Shown: positions 1 to 8,045 of the stretch, one piece after another | Layout of the letters: the number at the start of each line of letters is the position of its first letter | Numbering within the stretch: the stretch's first letter is position 1 | Assembly: GCF_003334815.1 (NCBI RefSeq) | Contig: NZ_QOWO01000066.1 | Source of the DNA: Escherichia coli | Lineage (GTDB): Bacteria > Pseudomonadota > Gammaproteobacteria > Enterobacterales > Enterobacteriaceae | Strand: one strand, 5' to 3' | DNA length: 8,045 nucleotides | The notes under the pieces: generated by a model | Databases searched by the model: none | What the model was told of the DNA's origin: nothing | Seen by the model: only the letters and a program-made list of their open reading frames with translations | Made by a program: the position numbers and the translations under genes

Positions 1-78
1 GTTATCGTGAGAGTAATTCATCGGCACGTTAAATCATATCAGGCGTAATACCACAACCCTTAAGTTAGCGCTTATGGG
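1..78. repeat. Left terminal inverted repeat (78 bp), perfect reverse complement of 7968..8045
   Basis: Hand comparison: bases 1-78 (gttatcgtgagagtaattcatcggcacgtt...ttagcgcttatggg) are the exact reverse complement of the last 78 bases of the window. A further ~12 bp inward match imperfectly (about 7 of 12). Confidence 0.93.
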
Positions 79-124
79 GTAAAACCCCGCGTACTGAATT
101 GTGATGGTTTGGTCTCCTGCACCC

Positions 125-259
125 TTTTTTAATTTATATTGTTTATGTGAATATTATGCCTATGTTTATTATTCATATATATTACGGATGAAAATTATTT
201 GATTATTCATAATGTAAATATTTTATTGAATGATATATATCACAGATAATTTTTAATAT
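125..259 (+). promoter_or_regulatory. AT-rich putative promoter/silencing region upstream of cas3
   Basis: Very AT-rich tract with several TATA-like elements immediately upstream of the cas3 start. From established knowledge, enterobacterial type I-E cas promoters are AT-rich and H-NS repressed. No precise -35/-10 assignment could be made by eye. Confidence 0.4.
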
Positions 260-2959
260 ATGCGTAAATATCCTTTAAGTTTACTGAAGGATAAAAATAT
301 TGTGACTTTTTTTGATTTCTGGGGAAAAACCCGACGCGGCGAGAAAGACGGGGGCGACGACTATCACCTTCTTTGCTGGCATTCGCTGGATGTAGCCGCG
401 ATGGGCTATTTAATGGTTAAAAGAAATTGCTTCGGGCTGGCTGATTATTTTCGTCAATTAGGGATTTCTGACAAGGAACAGGCGGCTCAATTTTTCGCCT
501 GGTTGCTGTGCTGGCACGATATTGGAAAATTTGCCCGCTCTTTTCAACAACTTTACCTGCCCCCTGAACTCAAGATTCAGGAAGGTGCCAGAAAAAATTA
601 CGAAAAAATCTCTCATTCAACGCTGGGCTACTGGTTGTGGAATCATTATTTAAGTGAATGTCAGGAGTTACTTCCTTCATCTTCGCTCTCTCCGCGCAAA
701 CTTAGGCGAGTGATAGAAATGTGGATGCCCGTGACGACAGGGCATCATGGTCGGCCCCCTGATCGTATGGATGAATTGGATAATTTTCTGCCTGAAGACA
801 AAGCTGCAGCACGAGATTTTCTCCTTGAAATCAAACCACTGTTTCCGCTCATAGAGATCCCCGCATTCTGGGATGATGATGAGGGCATTGAACTTATAAA
901 ACACCTTTCCTGGTATATCTCTGCAACCGTCGTGCTCGCAGACTGGACGGGTTCGTCAACGCGATTTTTTCCACGCGTCGCACACCCAATGGATATTAAA
1001 GGTTACTGGCAGAAAACTTTAATTCAGGCTCAAAACGCCTTAACCGTCTTTCCTCTAAAAGCAAAAGTCGCGCCTTTCAACGGAATTAATACGCTGTTTC
1101 CTTTTATTGAGAATCCGACACCGTTACAGCAAAAGGTGCTGGATCTGGATATCAGCCAGCAAGGACCGCAGTTATTTATTCTGGAAGATGTGACTGGCGC
1201 AGGTAAAACAGAAGCGGCGCTTATCCTGGCGCACAGGTTGATAGCTGCGGGGAAAGCTCAGGGGCTGTTTTTTGGTCTGCCAACAATGGCAACGGCCAAT
1301 GCCATGTACGATCGGCTGGTCAAAACCTGGCTTGCTTTCTATTCGCCAGAATCCCGCCCCAGCCTGGTGCTGGCACATAGTGCCCGCACATTAATGGACC
1401 GCTTTAATGAATCACTCTGGTCTGGTGATTTAGTCGGGTCAGAAGAACCGGATGAACAAACGTTCAGTCAGGGATGTGCGGCCTGGTTTGCCGACAGTAA
1501 CAAGAAGGCGTTGCTGGCTGAAATTGGCGTCGGCACGCTGGATCAGGCGATGATGGCGGTGATGCCGTTCAAACATAATAATCTGCGGCTTCTGGGGCTG
1601 AGTAACAAAATCCTGCTGGCTGATGAGATCCACGCCTGTGACGCTTACATGTCGTGCATTCTTGAAGGGTTGATCGAGCGGCAGGCGCGTGGCGGAAACA
1701 GCGTTATTTTGCTTTCTGCCACGTTATCTCAACAGCAGCGCGACAAACTCGTCGCTGCCTTTGCGCGGGGTACAGAGGGCCAGCAAGAAGCTCCGTTCCT
1801 GGAAAAGGATGATTACCCCTGGCTGACGCATGTCACGAAATCCGATGTGAACTCACACCGGGTAGCGACGCGCAAAGACGTTGAGCGTAGCGTCAGCGTG
1901 GGTTGGCTTCATAGTGAACAAGAGTGTATTGCGCGTATCGAATCGGCGGTAAGTCAGGGGAAATGCATCGCCTGGATCCGGAATTCTGTCGATGACGCTA
2001 TTAAGGTTCATCGTCAGCTGCTTGCCCGCGGCGTCATTCCTGCTTCCAGCCTTTCACTTTTTCATAGCCGCTTTGCTTTTAGCGATCGCCAGCGAATTGA
2101 AACGGAAACGCTGGCACGCTTTGGTAAATATTGTAGTTTACAGAGAGCGTCGCAAGTCATTGTTTGTACACAAGTAATTGAGCAAAGCGTGGATATTGAC
2201 CTGGACGAAATGATCTCCGACCTGGCCCCTGTTGATTTGCTGATTCAGCGAGCAGGACGATTACAGCGGCATATCCGCGATATTAATGGTCAGTTAAAGC
2301 GTGACGGAAAGGACGAGCGTTCCCCCCCTGAATTGCTGATTCTGGCTCCCGTCTGGGACGACTCTCCTGGCGACGAATGGTTTGGCAGTGCCATGCGTAA
2401 CAGTGCATTTGTCTATCCCGATCATGGGCGAATCTGGCTGACGCAGCGTGTGCTGCGTGAGCAAGGTGCTATTCAGATGCCACACGCAGCCCGGCTTCTT
2501 ATTGAATCCGTCTACGGTGAGGACGTGGTAATGCCGGAAGGATTTGCCCGCAGCGAGCAGGAGCAAGTGGGCAAATATTACTGTGATCGCGCAATGGCTA
2601 AAAAGTTTGTGCTGAACTTCAGGCCCGGCTATGCCGCCAATATCAACGATTACCTCCCGGAAAAACTGTCGACACGTCTGGCTGAGGAGTCTGTTTCCCT
2701 GTGGCTGGCTACCTGTATTGACGGTGTGGTGAAGCCTTATGCCACCGGTGCTCACGCATGGGAAATGAGCGTTGTCAGAGTGCGCCGAAGCTGGTGGAAA
2801 AAACATCGGGATGAGTTTTCTTTACTGGAGGGAGAGGCGTTCAGGCTGTGGTGCATTGAACAGCGACAAGATCCGGAGATGGCAAACGTGATTTTAGTCA
2901 ACGATGACGAAAGTTGCGGGTATTCGGCTACGGAAGGATTGATTGGCAAGGTTGGTTGA
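260..2959 (+). CDS. cas3: Type I-E Cas3 HD nuclease / superfamily-2 helicase (899 aa)
   Basis: Long ORF with ATG at 260 and TGA at 2957-2959. N-terminal HD-domain motifs (HLLCWHSLDVAA, CWHDIGKF), Walker A (DVTGAGKTEAAL) and DExH-like box (LLADEIHACD). Size and position upstream of cse1 match type I-E cas3. No clear Shine-Dalgarno before the ATG, so the exact start is uncertain. Confidence 0.93.
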   Translation: MRKYPLSLLKDKNIVTFFDFWGKTRRGEKDGGDDYHLLCWHSLDVAAMGYLMVKRNCFGLADYFRQLGISDKEQAAQFFAWLLCWHDIGKFARSFQQLYLPPELKIQEGARKNYEKISHSTLGYWLWNHYLSECQELLPSSSLSPRKLRRVIEMWMPVTTGHHGRPPDRMDELDNFLPEDKAAARDFLLEIKPLFPLIEIPAFWDDDEGIELIKHLSWYISATVVLADWTGSSTRFFPRVAHPMDIKGYWQKTLIQAQNALTVFPLKAKVAPFNGINTLFPFIENPTPLQQKVLDLDISQQGPQLFILEDVTGAGKTEAALILAHRLIAAGKAQGLFFGLPTMATANAMYDRLVKTWLAFYSPESRPSLVLAHSARTLMDRFNESLWSGDLVGSEEPDEQTFSQGCAAWFADSNKKALLAEIGVGTLDQAMMAVMPFKHNNLRLLGLSNKILLADEIHACDAYMSCILEGLIERQARGGNSVILLSATLSQQQRDKLVAAFARGTEGQQEAPFLEKDDYPWLTHVTKSDVNSHRVATRKDVERSVSVGWLHSEQECIARIESAVSQGKCIAWIRNSVDDAIKVHRQLLARGVIPASSLSLFHSRFAFSDRQRIETETLARFGKYCSLQRASQVIVCTQVIEQSVDIDLDEMISDLAPVDLLIQRAGRLQRHIRDINGQLKRDGKDERSPPELLILAPVWDDSPGDEWFGSAMRNSAFVYPDHGRIWLTQRVLREQGAIQMPHAARLLIESVYGEDVVMPEGFARSEQEQVGKYYCDRAMAKKFVLNFRPGYAANINDYLPEKLSTRLAEESVSLWLATCIDGVVKPYATGAHAWEMSVVRVRRSWWKKHRDEFSLLEGEAFRLWCIEQRQDPEMANVILVNDDESCGYSATEGLIGKVG

Positions 2960-3056
2960 GATGTCTGCGACAGGACTCTCTGAATAGTTGATACACCGAA
3001 AAGGATGGAAAGATGGACAACCGACCTGGGATGGTCTTTTTTACGAGAGGATGCGT

Positions 3057-4619
3057 ATGAACTCGTTTTCACTTCTGACAACCCCGTGGTTGCCCGTTCG
3101 TTTTAAAGACGGAACGACAGGCAAACTGGCGCCAGTCGATCTGGCGGATGAAAATGTTGTCGATATTTCTGCGCCGCGGGCAGATCTCCAGGGTGCGGTA
3201 TGGCAGTTTTTGCTGGGGCTACTACAAACCAGCTTCGCGCCAAAAGATCATCGTCGTTGGGATGATATCTGGGAAGACGGACTGGAAGCTGAAAAGCTAC
3301 GGGAAGCATTGCAGTCATTAGAACATGCTTTCCAGTTTGGGCCAGATTCCCCTTCATTTATGCAGGATTTCGAGGCGCTCACCGGAGATAAAGTTCCGGT
3401 CGCTTCGCTACTGCCTGAGATTCCCGGCGCTCAAACAACGAAGTTTAATAAAGACCACTTTATCAAGCGTGGTGTAACGGAATACCTGTGCCCACATTGT
3501 TCTGCGTTAGCTCTGTTCTCCCTACAGTTGAATGCGCCGTCAGGTGGCAAAGGCTACCGCACCGGTTTACGCGGCGGTGGGCCGATGACCACTCTGATTG
3601 AATTACAGGAATATCAGGGTAATCAACAAACTCCCTTGTGGCGCAAACTGTGGATCAATGTCATGCCGCAGGATGAAGCCGATTTACCGCTACCCAAAAA
3701 ATTTGACGATCTGGTTTTCCCCTGGCTTGGCCCGACGCGCACCAGCGAACTGGCCGGTGCGGTGGTAACCGATGAGCAGGTCAATAAACTCCAGGCGTAC
3801 TGGGGAATGCCTCGCCGTATTCGTATTGATTTTAATACCACGACAGTCGGCAACTGCGATATTTGCGGTGAGCAGAGCGACGCGCTCCTGAGCCTGATGA
3901 CGACCAAAAATTACGGTGCGAATTATGCCATGTGGCAGCATCCCTTAACGCCTTACCGTGTACCACTTAAAGAGGGTGGCGAGTTTTACTCCGTTAAACC
4001 ACAACCGGGCGGTTTAATCTGGCGTGACTGGTTAGGCCTTATCGAAACGGGTAAATCAGAAAACAATACGGAACTTCCCGCGCTGGTGGTGAAACTCTTC
4101 AATGCCAGCAGTCTCAAGCAGGCAAAAGTGGGCCTGTGGGGATTTGGCTATGATTTCGACAACATGAAAGCGCGCTGTTGGTACGAACACCATTTCCCGC
4201 TGCTGCTCGATAAAAAAGAAGGTCAGATACCGAAGCTGCGGCTGGCTGCGCAAACAGCTTCACGGATTCTAAGTCTGTTACGGAGTGCATTGAAAGAAGC
4301 ATGGTTCTCCGATCCAAAAGGTGCAAGGGGTGATTTTAGTTTTGTGGATATCGACTTCTGGAACAAAACTCAGCATCGCTTTCTGAGGTTAGTGCGCCAA
4401 ATTGAAGAAGGTCAGGATGCGGATGAATTACTCAGCAAATGGAATAAGGAAATTTGGTTATTCGCACGTCAGGATTTTGACGAGCGTGTATTCACCAATC
4501 CTTATGAGCCCGTTGATCTGGAACGCGTCATGACCGCGCGCAAGAAATATTTTACAACATCGGCGGAGAAGCAAAGTGCTAAAGCCGCCAGGGAGAAAAA
4601 GCAGGAGGCTGCTGAATGA
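3057..4619 (+). CDS. cse1: Cascade large subunit Cse1/Cas8e (CasA), ~520 aa
   Basis: N-terminus MNSFSLLTTPWLPVRFKDG resembles the E. coli CasA N-terminus (..NWIPVR..) and an internal GLRGGGPMTT resembles CasA SGLRGGTPVTT, both as I recall them. The stop overlaps the cse2 start. Start chosen at ATG 3057, with GAGG six nt upstream; the ORF-track start at 2988 is a TTG, and ATG 3051 is also possible. Confidence 0.88.
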   Translation: MNSFSLLTTPWLPVRFKDGTTGKLAPVDLADENVVDISAPRADLQGAVWQFLLGLLQTSFAPKDHRRWDDIWEDGLEAEKLREALQSLEHAFQFGPDSPSFMQDFEALTGDKVPVASLLPEIPGAQTTKFNKDHFIKRGVTEYLCPHCSALALFSLQLNAPSGGKGYRTGLRGGGPMTTLIELQEYQGNQQTPLWRKLWINVMPQDEADLPLPKKFDDLVFPWLGPTRTSELAGAVVTDEQVNKLQAYWGMPRRIRIDFNTTTVGNCDICGEQSDALLSLMTTKNYGANYAMWQHPLTPYRVPLKEGGEFYSVKPQPGGLIWRDWLGLIETGKSENNTELPALVVKLFNASSLKQAKVGLWGFGYDFDNMKARCWYEHHFPLLLDKKEGQIPKLRLAAQTASRILSLLRSALKEAWFSDPKGARGDFSFVDIDFWNKTQHRFLRLVRQIEEGQDADELLSKWNKEIWLFARQDFDERVFTNPYEPVDLERVMTARKKYFTTSAEKQSAKAAREKKQEAAE

Positions 4620-5152
4620 GTATTGTAAAAGAGGAGCACAAAGCCACGCTGCGCAAATGGCACGAGGAATTGCAGGAGAAACGTGGCGAACGTGCCAGTC
4701 TGCGGCGTAGTACGACGGTTAATGATGTTTGTCTGACGGATGGATTTCGCCTGTTTCTGAAGAACAGACAAATAAAGTGGCAGGATGAACCTGAGTGGCG
4801 TATCACCGCACTGGCGCTGATAGCCGCAGTTAGCGCCAATGTTAAAGCTATTGATGAACGGCAGCCTTTTGCCGCGCAGCTGGCGGCGGTAATGTCAAAG
4901 GGGCGTTTTACTCGTCTGTCGGCAGTAAAAACACCGGATGAATTACTGCGCCAGTTACGCCGCGCAGTCAGATTATTAAACGGTTCCGTCAATCTTGACT
5001 CTCTGGCAGAGGGGGTCTTCCGTTGGTGCCAGGAGAGCGACGACCTGCTCAATCATCACCGCCGCCAGCAGCGGCCAACCGAATTTATCCGTATCCGCTG
5101 GGCGCTGGAATATTACCAGGCTGGCGACGCCGATAACGAACAAAATCAATAA
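4616..5152 (+). CDS. cse2: Cascade small subunit Cse2/Cas11 (CasB), 178 aa
   Basis: ATG at 4616 overlaps the cse1 stop (ATGA), with AGGAGG about 8 nt upstream. Size, basic/helical composition and position between cse1 and the cas7 start are as expected for Cse2. Assignment is mainly by synteny and size. Confidence 0.8.
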   Translation: MSIVKEEHKATLRKWHEELQEKRGERASLRRSTTVNDVCLTDGFRLFLKNRQIKWQDEPEWRITALALIAAVSANVKAIDERQPFAAQLAAVMSKGRFTRLSAVKTPDELLRQLRRAVRLLNGSVNLDSLAEGVFRWCQESDDLLNHHRRQQRPTEFIRIRWALEYYQAGDADNEQNQ

Positions 5153-5163
5153 AGGACTATCTC

Positions 5164-5208
5164 ATGACAACATTTATTCAGCTTCATTTGTTAAGGGGCG
5201 GCTTATGA
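5164..5208 (+). pseudogene. cas7: cas7 (casC/cse4) remnant: 14-codon stub MTTFIQLHLLRGGL*
   Basis: ATG at 5164 preceded by AAAGGA at the expected spacing. The first residues (MTTFIQLHLL) resemble the E. coli CasC N-terminus (MSNFINIHVL, as I recall it). The ORF ends after 14 codons at a TGA that overlaps the cas5 ATG. A native cas7 is about 360 codons. Confidence 0.5.
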
Positions 5209-5526
5209 GCCAATATCTGATTTTTCAGCTTCATGGGCCGATGGCGTCCTGGGGTGTCGATGCTCCAGGTGAAGTTCGTCATACCCATGAACTTCCTTCG
5301 CGCTCAGCATTGCTGGGGCTACTGGCTGCCGGGGTAGGGATTCGGCGTGATGATACCGAACGCTTAAACGCGTTTAATCGCCACTATTCACTGGTGGTTT
5401 GCGCCAGCCGTAACCCGCGCTGGGCACGGGATTATCACACGGTCCAGATGCCAAAAGAGGTGCGTAAAGCACGTTATTTCAGCCGTCGCGAAGAGTTGAG
5501 CGACCCTGATCCGCACGCACATTCCG

Positions 5527-6605
<1,079 letters not shown>

Positions 6606-6701
6606 GTTATCCGTTCTTTAAAAATAAGGAAATGTTTTAATTTAGTTGGTAGATTGTTGATGCGGAATAAATTTGTTTAAAAACAGTTATGTATGCTTAG
6701 T
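6606..6701 (+). promoter_or_regulatory. CRISPR leader (AT-rich, between cas2 and first repeat)
   Basis: 96-bp AT-rich segment immediately upstream of repeat 1 and downstream of cas2, the canonical I-E leader position that carries the array promoter and IHF/integration signals. Confidence 0.8.
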
Positions 6702-7949
6702 GTGTTCCCCGCGCCAGCGGGGATAAACCGAACATTAAATTGCCGTGCTGGATGAATCGCGGGTGTTCCCCGCGCCAGCGGGGATAAACCCTGGATCAGC
6801 TGGTTCAATCGTTTACAGCACTGGTGTTCCCCGCGCCAGCGGGGATAAACCGGCAGTAAATTATTTGACCTCGTTGATAATCCCGTGTTCCCCGCGCCAG
6901 CGGGGATAAACCGCCGGTGCAACTGATATTGATAAACGTCGACTCGTGTTCCCCGCGCCAGCGGGGATAAACCGACACCCGACCGCTAACCGATTTCGTT
7001 ACAGTAGTGTTCCCCGCGCCAGCGGGGATAAACCGTGTATCACCGAAAGAATGGTTTGACGCGCAGGGTGTTCCCCGCGCCAGCGGGGATAAACCGACGT
7101 CTATCATTTTCAGTACAAGCTGGGTTTTGTGTTCCCCGCGCCAGCGGGGATAAACCGGACGATCCCGAGATTCACAGAGTTACAACTAAGTGTTCCCCGC
7201 GCCAGCGGGGATAAACCGGAAATTTTCACATGGATTGTAGCCCTGTATATGTGTTCCCCGCGCCAGCGGGGATAAACCGGCCAGGCGGTCGGATTAGGTG
7301 CAAATCAAAATGTGTTCCCCGCGCCAGCGGGGATAAACCGCGCTGGCGGTGCGAGTGCTGGAGGCGCTGAAAGTGTTCCCCGCGCCAGCGGGGATAAACC
7401 GCAGGAGACGGCCAGCCGGAACGGCGGCGGCGTGTGTTCCCCGCGCCAGCGGGGATAAACCGTCGGGCGGCTCTGGTGTTCCTGACATGGCGGCGTGTTC
7501 CCCGCGCCAGCGGGGATAAACCGAATTTGCATCACATAGGGGCGAGGCTCAGTGAGTGTTCCCCGCGCCAGCGGGGATAAACCGTTCTTGCGGGTGTTGC
7601 AAATATTCTCCACGTAGTGTTCCCCGCGCCAGCGGGGATAAACCGCCTGTTTTTTGTGCGGGGAATTATGGGGGAATGTGTTCCCCGCGCCAGCGGGGAT
7701 AAACCGTTATACTGATTTTGATTTGTATTTCGGTCGCTGTGTTCCCCGCGCCAGCGGGGATAAACCGACACGCCCTGCCGTATTTACTGACGCGCAGGAG
7801 TGTTCCCCGCGCCAGCGGGGATAAACCGCCGCGCAAATCCAGCGAGCCGCCGACGCTCAGTGTTCCCCGCGCCAGCGGGGATAAACCGTTGCAAACCGTG
7901 GCAAACGCAATTAACAAAAAGTGTTCCCCGCGCCAGCGGGGATAAACCG
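6702..7949 (+). CRISPR. Type I-E CRISPR array: 21 x 29-bp repeats (GTGTTCCCCGCGCCAGCGGGGATAAACCG), 20 unique spacers
   Basis: Repeat starts at 6702, 6763, 6824 and so on at 61-bp period to 7800, then 7860 and 7921. Spacers are 32 bp except spacer 19 (7829-7859, 31 bp). Repeat 2 ends in C instead of G (6791). The repeat has the CCCCGC/GCGGGG stem and ATAAACCG 5-prime handle typical of I-E crRNA. Transcribed on + from the leader, so the newest spacer is 6731-6762. Confidence 0.97.
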
Positions 7950-7967
7950 AGTTAAGAGGGGGTTTTT

Positions 7968-8045
7968 CCCATAAGCGCTAACTTAAGGGTTGTGGTATTA
8001 CGCCTGATATGATTTAACGTGCCGATGAATTACTCTCACGATAAC
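7968..8045. repeat. Right terminal inverted repeat (78 bp), reverse complement of 1..78
   Basis: Hand comparison shows an exact reverse-complement match to bases 1-78. It begins 18 bp after the last CRISPR repeat. Confidence 0.93.

Noticed and set aside
1-78. Whether the ~78-bp terminal repeats are inverted copies of a tRNA gene
   Set aside because: There is no GTTCRA T-loop motif and no plausible acceptor-stem or cloverleaf pairing visible in either orientation.
2294-2806. 170-aa ORF on the minus strand (and other minus-strand ORFs at 677-904, 1172-1378, 1439-1633, 2752-3081)
   Set aside because: They lie entirely antisense to the well-supported cas3 reading frame, have no recognisable motifs or RBS context, and are the usual spurious antisense ORFs of a GC-balanced gene.
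3023-3042. Possible intrinsic terminator between cas3 and cse1 (GACC-loop-GGTC followed by TTTTTT)
   Set aside because: The stem is only 4 bp, too weak to call; at most a minor attenuator.
2988-3056. ORF-track start for cse1 at 2988
   Set aside because: Position 2988 is a TTG with no RBS, and the Cse1-like N-terminus begins at the ATGs at 3051/3057 with a GAGG Shine-Dalgarno just upstream.
4579-5052. 157-aa minus-strand ORF spanning the cse1/cse2 junction (and minus-strand ORFs at 3103-4771)
   Set aside because: Antisense to cse1/cse2, with no supporting signals; considered spurious.
4995-5204. N-terminal extension of the 211-aa ORF 4995..5630
   Set aside because: The upstream part overlaps the 3-prime end of cse2 in another frame. 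Cas5e homology and a proper RBS begin at the ATG at 5205, so the true start is 5205.
6677-7945. Multiple short ORFs on both strands across the CRISPR array, with recurring peptide motifs such as FIPAGAGNT and LSPLARGT
   Set aside because: The recurring motifs are translations of the 29-bp repeat in different frames, not real genes.

Overview
The window is a compact, partly decayed type I-E (E. coli/Salmonella-type) CRISPR-Cas locus on the + strand, bracketed by 78-bp perfect terminal inverted repeats. In order: an AT-rich promoter region, cas3 (HD nuclease-helicase), cse1/cas8e, cse2/cas11, a 14-codon cas7 stub, an N-terminal cas5e fragment fused out of frame to a cas1 that lacks about 38 N-terminal codons, intact cas2, a 96-bp leader, and a 21-repeat/20-spacer array. 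The Cascade backbone gene cas7 and the crRNA endonuclease gene cas6e are absent, so the locus cannot carry out interference or adaptation on its own, yet the array is essentially pristine. No transposase or recombinase is encoded between the inverted repeats. Homology calls rest on my recollection of E. coli K-12 Cas sequences, not on a database search. The inverted repeats and the two deletion junctions are the main things worth follow-up.
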